Below, in pieces: positions 50,035-62,293 of a DNA stretch of 64,000 bases (the stretch's first letter is position 1; every line of letters starts with the position of its first letter). Below the pieces are notes generated by a model. The model had not been told where the DNA came from and made no database searches. It saw only the letters and a program-made list of their open reading frames with translations. The DNA is from Lama guanicoe (Eukaryota). A program made the translations under genes and the position numbers. The stretch spans positions 16,174,373-16,238,372 of the forward strand of contig MU053881.1 in the NCBI GenBank assembly GCA_013239625.1, given 5' to 3'.

Positions 50035-50640
50035 GGCATTAGTGTCCTGGGGCTGTAACAAGGTGCCATGAACTGGGTGGCTTTGAACAGCAGGAATTCA
50101 TCACCTCACTGTTCCGGAGGCTGGAGTTCCGAAGTCACCTGGCAGCATGGCTGAGTCCGTCTGGAGGCTCTGAAGCAGAATCTGTCCTGGTGGAATTCTG
50201 GTGGCTCTGGCGGCTTTTTTGGCTTGTTTTTGGATTTCTGGCTTGTGGACAGATCACCACACTCTCTGCCACCGTCTTCACAAGCCGTTTTGTGTCTGTG
50301 TGTTTCCCTTTCTTTTCTCTGAGAAGGACACCAGTTGTTGGTTTTAGGGGCCAGCCTAACCCAGGAATATAATTCCATCTGCAAAGACCCTGACTCCCAA
50401 TAAGGTCACATTTAAAATTTTGTTTTCTCTTTTTTAATATATATTTATTTGTATTTTTATTTTGTTTACTTATTTTTTAATTTTTCGTTTTAACGGAGGC
50501 ACTGGGGATTGAACCCAGGACCTTGTGCATGCCAAGCACACACTTTACCACTGAGCTATCCCCACCATGCCTCTAATAGGGTCACATTTTGAGGTTCCAG
50601 GTGGACATGAATTTGGGAGGATGCTGTCTACCCAGTTCGG
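50035..50640 (-). mobile_element. MLT1-type LTR interrupted by a minus-strand SINE (about 50415-50565)
   Basis: LTR text ...cccaataaggtcacattt precedes the SINE and taatagggtcacatttt follows it, resembling a target-site duplication. Confidence 0.75.
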
Positions 50641-51254
50641 TTCCTGCCTCTCCTCACCCCCATGGGCGCAGCTTTGTCCTTCCAGCGGATTGGGTGTCAA
50701 ACCTCGGTGCCCTCTACATCCTTCTTCCTTTCCTTCGCATCTTGTTCGGATAAGGCAGCTCTGCAGAACCGCTCCCCGCCACCCAGTCCAAGCCCGTCAT
50801 CATGCTCACTCAGACTGTCCCCACCTCCCCAGTTTCTCTGCTTCCTCTCTGGACCCTGCAGTCCACCCACTACATATGTCCCCTCACACCCCTCCCCTGC
50901 TCCCCTCACCCTTGACTCAGACCTCCTTCTCTCCTCACTGGGAGACCAACCACCCCCCCCAGCCTTGGTGGCCCACCTGGCCTCCCTCCCTCTCGTCCCC
51001 CGCCTTGCTCCCCTGCCCCAGCCGCTCTGGCACCTTCTGTGTTCCGAGCACACCAAGCTCTGGCACCAGCGGATGGAGCAACACCCCCTCCCAACCCCAG
51101 CCCCGGTGGGGCAGAGTGCACTCCCTGGAGATGGTACATTTCATTGACCCCCCCACCCCACCCCTCAGGGATGACTGAGGGCCAGCGTGTGACCAGGAGT
51201 CACGTAGGGGCAGTATCAAGAAACAAGAGGGGAATAAAGTAGAGGTTTCAGTCA

Positions 51255-51947
51255 CCCCAGATGTGGGTGTGGGGCAGTTTCAAGGAACCCAGAGGGGGTG
51301 CTGTTACCAAGTCCAAGTTCATACTGCTCACCACACAATAGGCCAGTAAATCAAGGGACAAGTTGTGGGGGCAAGGAATAGTGACTTTACTTGGAAAGCT
51401 AGCAGACGGAGATGGTGGCCCAAGGAGCCCCCTTGCCTGAGTTAGGATTCAGGCTTCTTTTATACTAAAAGGAGGAGGGGTAAAGTCAAACATTTCCTCG
51501 TTCCAGACGGGATGTGTTAATTTCTTCCTTCCTACAGTCATTCCCAGGTGGGCCTGGTTAGGATATTTCCTGTGAGCTAAATGAAGATATTTTAGCTTAA
51601 CGCTCATTATCTGGGAGGCAAGGTTCCCAGCGATGGGCCATTATGTATAATTTAAGCTTATAGGCAACATCCCTTTAGTGATTAACTTGTAGCTAAAGCA
51701 ATAGAACACAAAGGTTAAAGTAAAAGAAATAGATTCAATATGGAGTCAGATTTGTTCTTTGCTACTACAGTGAGAGGCAGTTTCAAGGGCTTCAGATGTG
51801 AATGTGGGGCAGTTTCACAGTCCCTGCGTGGGTGGGGGTCAGTTTAGGGTCCCCAAGTGGATGTGGGGCAGTTTCAAGGACCCCAGATGTGGGTGGGGAC
51901 AGTTTCAGGAACCCCCAGTGTGGATGTGGCATTGTTTGGGGATCCCA
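51255..51947. repeat. About 30-bp minisatellite (CCCCAGATGTGGGTGTGGGGCAGTTTCAAGGA-like) split by an LTR
   Basis: 1.5 units at 51255-51301 and about 6 units at 51770-51947. Confidence 0.8.
51302..51769 (-). mobile_element. Solo ERV LTR (468 bp)
   Basis: TGT...ACA termini, flanks gtgc / gtga (near 4-bp duplication), minus-strand TATA-like (ttttata) and poly-A-like (tttact) motifs, AT-richer than its flanks. Confidence 0.7.
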
Positions 51948-52008
51948 GGGGATGACGTTGTCAGGTCAGTCATTCACCAGGGTGCTGTCCCCTCTATTTG
52001 AACCACAG

Positions 52009-52090
52009 GCTACCAGCGACAGCTGACCTACAAGCACCAGGACGGCTCCTATAGTGCATTTGGGGAGCGGGACGCGTCGGGAAGCATGTG
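52009..52090 (+). CDS. CPAMD8: CPAMD8 local exon 24 (thioester domain)
   Basis: cacag|(G)[26 protein letters not shown]|gtgagt; 82 nt, phase 1 to 2. Confidence 0.95.
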
Positions 52091-53775
52091 GTGAGTCCCC
52101 ATGTCCCAGGCGCGGCTACTGAGATCCCCCACCCGAGGCCACAGCCTCAGGTGCAGCACAGTGTAGCCAGGACACATGGGGCCCAATCCCCAGGGCGACA
52201 AGGAGCCTGCGTGGGAAATGGAGTCAGCGTGGTTCTAGCCCCTGGGTTTAGATGGCTGGATGTGGGGGGCACCCTGCCTGGCCTGGGCGTGGTGGGGCTG
52301 GCGGCGACAGTTACTATTACTCCTTCTGCCGTTGTTGTTGCCGCAGCAGCCGGGAACCAAACCCCTGCTCTCCGGCCCCTTGGGAATGGGACCTGGGTGC
52401 TCTGGGGTCCAGTTTCCCTTGCGAGTGGCTCCCTCTGGCTTTCGGGGTCAGCTAGGGCAGGGAGGGCCTGGATGGGTCTGCTCATTCCTTGGGATCCTTG
52501 GACCATAGCAGTTCTTGGCATCATCAGGGATTTGTCTTGTCCACTTGGGGGCTTACTGAGAAAACGGGGTGCCCCCAGCTCCTGTCCCCAATGGGGCTTC
52601 CTTCTCAGAGCAGCACCCTGATGGCACCTGCAGCAGCTGTGGGCATGGGACGTGCCCGGTCCTCCAGGCGGCAGTGTCCACTGCACAGCGGCAGTGCTGG
52701 GGCTGGGGGACAGGGATGTGCCTGAGTGAGCCCCAGTGTCACTTCCTTGGCTCCAGAGAGGCCCAGCCTTGGTGACCTGTTCAGCACCCTGGCCCCCAGT
52801 CCTGGTCCCAGGACCCTGCCTTGCTGACAGCCCATGAGGCAAGGTCACCGTCACGCCCTAGCAAGCAGAGGCCCCCACCCACCCGCAGGGATGGCCAAAG
52901 CGTCTGAGTCACTCTCTGAAAGCTGTCCAAGTCCCAGCAACTCCCAGAGGTCTCCACCGGTCAGAACTAGAGAGCTGTGACCTGTTGTACACCCTCCCAC
53001 GGTGCACGCACGCGCACACACACAGCACGAGCAAGAAAAGACCAATTTCCACTGTGGTGGCGGAAATGTGACACCCAGCATCTTTGCCTTGTGAAACCTC
53101 TCTATGGGACAAAGCTGCAGGAACCACAGGCCGGTGAAACAGCATCCACCCTGGAGCTGGGCAAACCCAGGCTCTATCTTGTGTGAGCTGTGTGGCCTTA
53201 GACCAGATGTTCAACGTCTCTGAGCCTTTTTTCTCACCACACATCTCTCTAAAGACTGGGATTCAGGAGGCAGTAGGATAAGGGCGCAGCAGGTATGCTC
53301 ATTGCAGTGCCGGGTACCCACTGGGATGGATGCTTTGTTAGCACCTCTCCTTAAATACTTGGCTGGGAGGTCCAGGATCCAGCCTGACAGCCTTGAAACT
53401 TAGAATCTGTTATAGGTAGGTTCCTGTGCACACGGGCAGCTGAGTTCCATCTTTGCCGCACGTCCACACTGTTTGGAATTTCCTCTGGCTGCTGCGTGCA
53501 GAGTGGGCTGTGGGGCAGGGGCGGGCCCAGGGGCAGAAGTGGTCGGGTGGCCTGGCTGATGCAGGGGCCGTGGGGGTCAAGGGAAGAGGATGGCTTTGAG
53601 GTATCTGGGTGGGAGAGTGGCCAGGACGAGCTGAATCCTGGGCTTTGGGTCTCTTTCAATTAGTGTTTCAGGTTTGGGGGATTCACATAAACAGCTTGGA
53701 GCCATTTTCTTTGCTTTGCTTTCTGTCTTTTTTATTTTTTTTTAAATTGTGTTGAAATACACATGATATAGATGA

Positions 53776-53863
53776 GGAGGAGGGTGCAGCTCAGTGGTAG
53801 AGCACATGCTTAGCATGCACAAGGTCCTGGGTTCAGTCCCTAGTACCTCCATTAGAAGAAAAA
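53776..53863 (+). mobile_element. tRNA-Ala-derived SINE
   Basis: gagggtgcagctcagtggtagagc...gggttcagtccctagtacctccatt. Confidence 0.88.
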
Positions 53864-53889
53864 GTAGTCATGCTATAAAATTTACCCAC

Positions 53890-53927
53890 TTTTTTTCTTT
53901 TTGGTTTGTTTTTGTGGGGAGGGGATT

Positions 53928-53979
<52 letters not shown>

Positions 53980-54056
53980 ATGGCGATACTGGGGATTGAA
54001 CCCAGGACCTCATGCATGCTAAGCACACGCTCTGCCACTGAGCTATACCCTCCCCC
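53890..54056 (-). mobile_element. tRNA-Ala-derived SINE with (TTTA)n
   Basis: (ttta)n + actggggattgaacccagg...ccactgagctataccctcccc. Confidence 0.9.
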
Positions 54057-55906
54057 ACCGACCTAACCATTTTTAGTGTACAGTTCAATGATATTAAATA
54101 CAATCATATTGTTGAGCAGCCATCATCACCATCCATCCCCATAACTCTTTTCATCTTGTAAATCTGACACTGTGTCCATTAAACACGAACTCCCCATTCT
54201 CCCCTCGCCTGGCCCCTGGCAACCACCCTCCTACTTTCTGTCTCTGTGATTCTGATTACTCCAAATGCCTCATATAAGTGGAATTGCACAGTGTCTGTCT
54301 TTGTGTGACTGGCTTATTCCACTAATTATAATAGCTTCAAGGTTCATCCATGTTGTAGCCTTTTGCAGAATTTCCTTCCTTTTCAAGGCCAAATATTCCA
54401 TTGTGTGGATACACTGCATCTGACTTGTCCTTTTCTCTGTCCGTGGACACCGGGTTGCTTCCATGGTTTGGCTGTTGGGAATAATGCTGCTACAAACATG
54501 GGTGTGCAAAAAACTCTTTGAGACCTCACTTTCATTTCTTTTGGGGATATATACACAGAAGCAGACTTGCTGGATCGTGTGATAATTCTGTGTTTAATTT
54601 TTTAGGAACTGCCATGTTGTTTTCTACAGGGGCAGCACCATTTTACATTCTCACCAGCTGTGCACGAGGGCTGTACTTTCTTCACATCCTCACCACTTGT
54701 TGTTTTCATTTTTTTTTTAAATAGTAGCCATCCTGATGGATGTGAGGTAGGGGAGCCACTTGATTTTGAAGAGGATGGATTACTCTCTCATCCTGAGTCG
54801 GGGCCTCCCCTGCCAGTAGTTCTGCTGTTCGTCCCATCCCTCTTTGTTCCCTGGTTTCCATCCGGTATTTCTCAATGTTCATTCGTTCATTCATTTCCAA
54901 CCCCACCACCTCTCACGCAGAGTGCCCCATAACTCTAGCAACAGTTGGGCTGGGGGATGGTGTGGACAAGGGACAGGCTGCAGGGCTACGGACAGACAAC
55001 AGTGACACAGAAGCAGGGCTGCTGAGGGTCCAGAGGCAGCATTTCCATCCCAGAGTGGGGGTGTCTGGGAGGCTTCCTCTGGGGAGAGACCTCAGGGATG
55101 AACTTGAGAGACAAGTAGAACTTCGTCCTGTGAAGAAGAGAGGTAGGAGTCACCAGTGGGTTGGTGGGATATTTTCAGCTTCAAGCAATAGAAAACTGGC
55201 TGAAAAAGCAATTCTGAACATCATCTCACAGCACCAGGCTGGGGAGACCCCAGAATTGGCCAGTCTGGGAGCCCCACAATGTGTAGGGGCCCATGGTTCT
55301 TTCCCTTGGTCCCTATGGACATCCTCAGCTCGACAACTGATCTTGTGGTGGCAAGATGGCTGTAGCTACTCCCATTATCACTTCATGTGCCCATTCTGAA
55401 GCTATTACAGGCCTGGGGCCCAGAATGCATATGACTGTGGCTGGCTAGGTTACAGAGGGGTCCAAATGTCCAAAGTACCTTTTTGCCCATTCCCCTTGGA
55501 ATCTCTCAACAAGACAGGATCTCTGGGGGAGTGGTTATGGAGGGGCAACAAGCAAGGTCTTCTGCACATGGCAGAGGTTGGGTGGGACTGGAACAGCTCA
55601 CCAAAAGGCCTTGAGTGCCAAGCAAAGAGCAGACCTGGATGCTTCCAGGGTGAGAGGGAGCAAACGGGGAGGCTGAGCTCTGTCATCAGGCCCTGCCAGG
55701 TGCCCACAGACTTCCATCGAGTGCTCACAGCAGGCTGCGGGGGCAGATTGGACCCTCCTGTCTTACAGAGGAGAACACAGAATCTCGGGTGATGTGAGGA
55801 ACCAGCCACAGTCCCTCGGTGGGGGTTGGGGGACACATGGGAGGTGACTCCGTTTTGCAACTCCCCAGCCCACGGCCCTCCCAGTCCCCACCTCCTCCTA
55901 TTTCAG

Positions 55907-56063
55907 GCTCACAGCCTTTGTCCTAAAGTCCTTCGCCCAGGCTCGCAGTTTCATCTTCATCGACCCTCGGGAGCTGGCAGCTGCCAAGGGCTGGATTGTC
56001 CAGCAGCAGCGGGCAGACGGTTCGTTCCCGGCAGTGGGCAGGATTCTGAACAAGGACATCCAG
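55907..56063 (+). CDS. CPAMD8: CPAMD8 local exon 25
   Basis: ttcag|(W)[20 protein letters not shown]...[16 protein letters not shown]|gtcggt; 157 nt, phase 2 to 0. Confidence 0.95.
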
Positions 56064-56185
56064 GTCGGTAGCCTCTCAGGCCTCCTTCCAGGGTCTTGGC
56101 CTTGCTCCCTGGTGCCATCTGGGGCTGGTGGAGGTGGGGAGCTGTCCCCTCTGGCTTGGGGTGAGGCCTGCGTGTCCTCTTCCAG

Positions 56186-56260
56186 GGTGGGATCTATGGC
56201 ACTGTCCCACTGACAGCCTACGTGGTGGCCGCGCTTCTGGAGATGGACCCGGCCTCAGAG
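56186..56260 (+). CDS. CPAMD8: CPAMD8 local exon 26
   Basis: tccag|[25 protein letters not shown]|gtgagc; 75 nt, phase 0 to 0. Confidence 0.95.
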
Positions 56261-56979
56261 GTGAGCACGGGGGAGCCCGAAAGATGCAGGGCGGAGGAGC
56301 GAGCGGGCGCTTTGCCCCCTGCAAGCCAGGCTAGCCCCTTCTTCTGGCCAATTCCAGCCTCTGTTTTTCTGCCCTTTCTGCTCATTAATGAGGCTTTTTC
56401 AGGCTTTTAACAGTCATAGGACATCCAACTTCTTGTGGCCTGATCCCCAATCAGAGGAGTGAGAGATCCCAGTGGTAATCGTGGGGGGCATGGGTGTGTT
56501 GGGGGGGCATACCCTGAGTATGAGCCCTCCCAGGACTGTCCGCAGCCCCCAGGCCCCACTCAGGGAATCATCTGGGGCTCAGGTTCCTGGCCGCTGACCC
56601 GTGGGCTGGCCTCAGGGAACTCTATTTAGAATATTGGACTCATGACTGCTTTTGGAGGGTCTAGAACTTTCAGGGACAGTTCAGACAGGACTTAGGTGTC
56701 CCAAGGAACTCAGGGCCATCATCACTCCTATGAGGCTGTCCCAGGTGGGAGCGGCATATCCCCCAATGGTGAGAATTCCCATGATAGACGAATCTCAGTC
56801 CTTAGGGGAGGGACTCCGCCGTTCTTACAATTCCAAATCATCTGATAATGAATCATGAGTCGGGTGCTTCTCAGGATTTTCGGGCTCACCATCCGCATCT
56901 AACTGCTGTGTCTTGGGTTGGCTGTGACTGCAGACCCTCCACATCCTGCACGCTTTGCCCAGAGGGCCCCTTGCTTGCT

Positions 56980-57820
56980 CTGTGTTTGAGGGCTGAATTG
57001 GGTCTGCCCCCAAATTCATATCCTGAAATCCTAACCCCCTATCTTAGTTAACTCGGGCTGCCACAACAAAATACTGCAGACTAGGGACTTAAATAGTAGA
57101 CATTTATTTCTCATCATTTTAGAGACTGGAAAATCCACGGTCACGATTCTGGTCGAGTCAGTTCTTAACGAGGGCTCTCTTCCTGGCGTGTAGGCAGCCA
57201 TCTTCTCTCTGTGGCCTCACATGGCCTTTCCTGGGAGTGTGACCACAGAGAGAGGTGGGTGGAGTTGGCAGGGGAGAGAAAGAGAAAGCTGTGGTGTCTC
57301 TTTGTCTCCTTATAAGCAGCCTCATTGATTATAGGGGCTCCACCCTCTGCACCTCATCTAAACCTAATAACCTCCCAAAGGCCCCCCCATCTTAAAACCA
57401 TCACTTCGAGGGGTTAGGGTTTCAACATATGAATTTGTGGGGGAGATGCAGACAGCCCCAAGACCGCAGAATGTGATTGTATTTGGAGACAAGGCCTTTA
57501 AAGAGGTAATCATGTTAAAATGAGGCCATTGGGGTAGGTCCTAATCCATTATGACTGACATCCTTGTAAAGGGGGGAAATTAGGATACAGAGATGGGGAG
57601 AGAGGGAAGATGATGTGAAGATACAGGGAGAAGACAACTAGCTACAAGCCAAGAGTATGGCCCAAACAGAGCCTTTTCTCTTGGTCCTCAGAAAGAATCA
57701 ACCCTGCTGACACCTTGATCTTGGACTTCTGGCCTCCAGATCGATGCAACGATAAATTTCTGTTTTTTTAAGCCACCCAGTTTATGGTTCTTTGTTACAC
57801 AGCCCCAGCGGACTCAGACA
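56980..57820. mobile_element. Nested MLT1-type LTRs: + copy split by a - copy (about 57040-57452)
   Basis: gggctgaattg...cccaaattcatatcctgaaatcctaaccccc continues as cagaatgtgattgtatttggaga after the inner element. Confidence 0.75.
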
Positions 57821-58039
57821 CCCTGCCTCTAGGGTGACCAGCTGTTCTGGTTGGCCTGGGATGGAGGGATTCCCAGGATGCAGGTCTGGTGGGGCCTCTC
57901 CTCCATCCTCTGGTTCTGGTTTTTGTTTTGGTTAAATCGACATTTAGGTCATTCTGACCATATTATACTTTTCTAGAACTGAGCCACGTGTTTCTTCATT
58001 TACTCTAGAATGTAAAGGCCCCTGGCTGAATAATGGTCC

Positions 58040-58330
58040 CTGGGCTAGCGTCCTGTGGCTGTTGTAATAAAATGCCACAAGCAGTGGCTTCAAACTATTG
58101 GAGTTTATTCCCTCGCAGTTCTGGAGGCCAGAGGTCTGAAGTCAGGTGTCAGCAGGGCCGTGGCTCCCTCTCGAGGTCTAAGGGAGGATGCTTCATTGCC
58201 TCTTTCAGCTTCTGAGGGCTCCAGGTGCCATTGGCTTATGGCCACATCGCTCCATTCTCTGCCTGTCTTCACATGGCCTTCTCTCTGTGTCTCTGTGTTC
58301 TCTCTTCTTGTAAGGACACCAGTCCTGCCT
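58040..58330 (-). mobile_element. MLT1-type LTR fragment
   Basis: cagttctggaggccagaggtctgaagtcaggtgtcagcagggcc...tcttgtaaggacaccagtc. Confidence 0.75.
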
Positions 58331-59123
58331 CTGCGATAGTGTGCAACTACTCCCACCCTGACCCCAGGCTCTGGGCTTGCGTGGCCCAGGCTTGGGGTCT
58401 GGGTAATCTGCTCTGTCATCCCTGGCACATGCCCCAGGCGGGAGATGGTACATCTGGACTACAAGCTGTAGGGGAGGTTCCTGTGCTTTTTCCTGATCTA
58501 AGATGGAAAACTTTGGGAGAGCATTCTTTTTGCAATCTTAACAACCACTAAGGAGAGGTAGCTTAACTCCATGGCTCCACTGGGGCCCACCCGCAGGAGC
58601 ACCGTTGCTCATTTGCTGAATTCATTGATGCTTTGAATCACTTATTTTTCCGTTGAACTAATATTATTGGTCAAGCTTCTTTGAACCACGCCCATCACTG
58701 GACAATGGACTTCGTTTATGTCCTCCAGCCACTCACACTGTGGGGCAGGAGCATGATCAGGACTGGTGGGCTTTCTGGAGGAGGCGACAATTGAGTCGAG
58801 GCTAATAGGATGAAGCAGGCCTTACCTGGCAGTTTTAGAAGCCAGCCTGGTGATGGGGTGGGGTGCAGCGGGCAACCAGGCTTCTGTCTGCTTCCCCTAG
58901 ATCACCTCTGGGTTGATCTGTTGTGCTCAAACTTCATTTGAAACAGATTCGCACCAACATAGAAGAAAGGGGATGGAATTTTGAAAGCTGGGGCTGCAGG
59001 CAACGGGGCCCCAGAAGGATGCGAGCTGTCCGGCGCTTTCCCTGGGCATGCTCCAAGAACCTTTGGGAGGGTGGTGGGTGGAGTGAGGACAGAGAAGCCT
59101 CCACTTCCCACCTCACCCCGCAG

Positions 59124-59289
59124 GAGGAGAGGGGAGCCATTGCCAAAGCAAGGCACTTCTTGGAGTCCAGTGCACCCCTGACTGCAGACCCCTACAGCAG
59201 CGCCCTGATCGCCTACGCACTGACCCTGCTCCGCAGCCCCACAGCCCCCACAGCTCTCCGAAAGCTCCGCAGCCTGGCCATCACCCAGG
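59124..59289 (+). CDS. CPAMD8: CPAMD8 local exon 27
   Basis: cgcag|[15 protein letters not shown]...[15 protein letters not shown]...LRSLAITQ|gtaggt; 166 nt, phase 0 to 1. Confidence 0.95.
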
Positions 59290-60376
59290 GTAGGTGTCCC
59301 CTGCCCGCCACCCCAGTTGACACAGTGTGGGGCTGACTCACCGCGGGCCCTAGTGAACAGCTCATGAACACATACATGGAACGAAGGAGGCGTCCTTTGC
59401 TCACTCTGTTTTGCTCATTCCTTATCACATCTTCCAGTGGCTTCATTTGATGAAGTGGCTTGAGCCTGAGCATCATTTTCTTTCCTTATGAAACAAAGGA
59501 TGCCAGGGAGGGAGGGCAGTGCTCAAGGGTCCTAGGGAGAGGATCCCCCAGGCTTCTTAGAAGCCATCCCTGGCAGGGAGCTGGGAAGCTGGGAGGGCTG
59601 TGGCTGGCCCCCATCCTGCCCCCATCGCTGAATGAGCCTTGGAAAGCCATTTCCATCTTTGGGGTGTCAGTCTCCCCATCTACCTAATGACTCCCCACTG
59701 TGTTCGGGGGGCCCCAGTCACTGAGCTATGACTTCTCAGAATGCCCCCAAACTCAGTCCCCGTCCCTCCCACCCTGGCCTTCCCCAGCAGCTGCTCTGGG
59801 ATTCCATCCATCTTCTCTGCTTAAGATGTCACCTGAAGAATTGCTTTCACTGACTAAGAAGAAAAAAAAAACTTTAGAAGTAAAATTTTAAAACCACCTA
59901 ATTGGATGACGGTGTCCATTTAGGACTAAATGCTCAAGATCTGAGACAGGGAGGTCTGAGTTCTCTATGATTTGAGGGCCATTTATACCTCACATGAGCT
60001 CAGAATCCTTGGAGCCTTTGCAAGCAGGGAGTGGTTTCCTGGGCCCTGAGTGGGGACAACTGGGGCCTCCATTCGGGCCCTAGCTAGGAGGGAAGCCATT
60101 GATTATTGATGTTTATCAGGGGTACAGAAAAGCAGCCATTGATTAGGGATGTCTGTCAGGGGTGCAGGACAGGGCTGGATTTGGTGCTCTAGTTGCAGAT
60201 CTGAGACACAACCCCAAGGTCCTTCCTGTCCCAGCCATCTAACCCTGGTACCCTCTTCCACGGGGGTCCAGTCCCCTGATGTCTTTTCTTGAGACCACAT
60301 ACACTGACACTCAGCACAGGTCACCAGGCTGAGTGCTGAGAGGGGTTGTGATCCCTGACCTGTGCTGGCCTTGCAG

Positions 60377-60463
60377 ATGGGGTCACCCACTGGAGCCTGA
60401 CAGGTTCCCGGGATGTGGACAAGGATGCATTCCTGAGCTTCAGTGATGGGGTCTATCAGTCAG
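60377..60463 (+). CDS. CPAMD8: CPAMD8 local exon 28
   Basis: ttgcag|(D)[28 protein letters not shown]|gtactg; 87 nt, phase 1 to 1. Confidence 0.93.
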
Positions 60464-60555
60464 GTACTGGCCACCCCAACCCCCAGTGCCTGCTTTGGGC
60501 ACAGGGTCCTGGGTCCCAGCGTCCAAAGGGCCCCAGCTGGCCTCTTCCGTTGCAG

Positions 60556-60692
60556 TGGTCTCAGCCGAGGTGGAAATGACAGCCTACGCCCTGCTGACCT
60601 ACACCCTCCTGGGAGATGTGGCCACCGCCCTGCCCGTGGTGAAGTGGCTGTCCCAACAGCGGAATGCGCTCGGGGGATTCTCCTCCACTCAG
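60556..60692 (+). CDS. CPAMD8: CPAMD8 local exon 29
   Basis: ttgcag|(V)[13 protein letters not shown]...[16 protein letters not shown]|gtgagc; 137 nt, phase 1 to 0. Confidence 0.95.
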
Positions 60693-61026
60693 GTGAGCCA
60701 GGCAGGCTAAAGGGAGGGGCTCAGGTCTGGGCAGGGGCACCGAGCCAGCTAGGAAACCATTGAGTGCTTCAAGTCTCAGGTTGGCTCCTTGCCCGCAGCC
60801 CCTCTGGGACAGGGACCCAGCCCTTGCCTCCGTGGAGTCGCCCACCCAGCTTTCTGGGGCCCCCAGCTCTGTGGGTGTCAGCTCTCTGTTCCAGCTGCAT
60901 GGGTCCATGGTCTCCAGAGAGGGTCTGTGATACCCTCAATTTGGGCCGGACCTCCTAGGATGGGGCAGAGGGACGGCTGGCCATTCCATGCCTGGAGCTG
61001 ACCACGGCCTCTCGCTCTGTCCCCAG

Positions 61027-61182
61027 GACACCTGCGTGGCTCTGCAGGCCTTGGCAGAATATGCCATCTTGTCCTATGCGGGCGGCGTCAACCTCACTGT
61101 CTCCCTGGCCTCCACCAACTTGGACTACCAGGAGACCTTCGAGCTGCACAGGGCCAACCAGAAGCTTCTGCAGACGGCGGCG
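61027..61182 (+). CDS. CPAMD8: CPAMD8 local exon 30
   Basis: cccag|[14 protein letters not shown]...NQKLLQTAA|gtgcgt; 156 nt, phase 0 to 0. Confidence 0.95.
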
Positions 61183-61291
61183 GTGCGTGTTCCAGGGACC
61201 AGGGCTGGGAGGGCAGTAACAGCGGCCCCTCTCTGCTGCCTGTCTGCCCGTGTGTGTCCGCGGGGGAAACCACGGCGTCTTCTCTCCCCAG

Positions 61292-61354
61292 ATCCCCAGC
61301 CTCCCCACAGGACTGTTTGTGAGCGCCAAGGGCGAAGGCTGCTGCCTGATGCAG
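61292..61354 (+). CDS. CPAMD8: CPAMD8 local exon 31
   Basis: cccag|[21 protein letters not shown]|gtgagg; 63 nt, phase 0 to 0. Confidence 0.95.
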
Positions 61355-62060
61355 GTGAGGCTGTGGGGGGAGGGGGCGCTCTCCGAGGGACCCCTTGAAG
61401 GGCGGGGTGGGGGAGCTGAGTGTCCGACCAGACTGAGTGGGATGGTGTGTGAGAGAGACCCCAGGGAAGACTGTCAGCCCCCTGAAATGTCCCCCACTCT
61501 GCCCAAGGGCAGATGCCAGTGTGTCTCCTTGGGTTTAGGGTCCCCCCTGGGAAATCTGTTTCACCCTCATTCCGGTGGTCTCTGACCATCAGACCTCCCT
61601 TGGTCCTCCCACTGTGGGACTTGCCCAGTGGCTCCAGGTTACTCTCCCTGTCAGGGCCTGAATGGGGACACCCAGCCTGGACTCAGCCTGGTGCTCCCTG
61701 GAACCCCTTGGTCACCAGGCTCAGGATATAGTCACTCTCTGGGCAGGGGCAGGCTGGCCTCGTGGGCTCTGGCCAGCAGTCAGAGGGCTAAGTCTGCCTG
61801 GAGACCCCTGCAGCCTCAGCTTCTCCATCTCGAAAACTGGAGCCCAGACAAAGTCCTGGTGGCCGCAGACCTGGACTTGAGACTCGGAAAAATGGAATGA
61901 TGGTCGTACCTACACCATCAGGGCTAAATTGAATGCCCGTAGTCCCCAGAACTGTCGCCAATGTCACTGTCATCATGGTTCTAGCTGTCCCCACCTTCCC
62001 CTGCCCTTTTCTTCCCCATGTCTCCTAAGCCTCTGTCCTCCCACACTCACCCACTCCCAG

Positions 62061-62245
62061 ATTGATGTCACCTACAACGTGCCAGACCCGGTGGCCAAGC
62101 CATCCTTCCAGCTGCTTGTGAATCTCCAGGAGCCCGAGGCTGAGCAGCAGCGACCTCCCGCGCCCGCCCCCTCTGCTGATGATGACGACCCAGCAGCTGA
62201 CCAGCATCACCAGGAGTACCAGGTGACACTGGAGGTGTGCACCAG
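62061..62245 (+). CDS. CPAMD8: CPAMD8 local exon 32
   Basis: cccag|[16 protein letters not shown]...[23 protein letters not shown]|gtaagg; 185 nt, phase 0 to 2. Confidence 0.95.
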
Positions 62246-62293
62246 GTAAGGCTTCCTGCCCCGCGGGCTGGCACCCCTGCCCTGGCGGCGTTT

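Larger units (their letters stand above)
53725..54750 (-). mobile_element. Old L1 3' UTR fragment carrying two SINE insertions
   Basis: ctccccattctcccc...cccctggcaacc...caaggttcatccatgttgtagc...tagccatcctgatggatgtgag. Confidence 0.85.

Noticed and set aside
59121..59129. CAG-GAG-GAG tandem acceptor
   Set aside because: GAG acceptors are rarely used when a CAG precedes them, and the effect would be loss of one Glu
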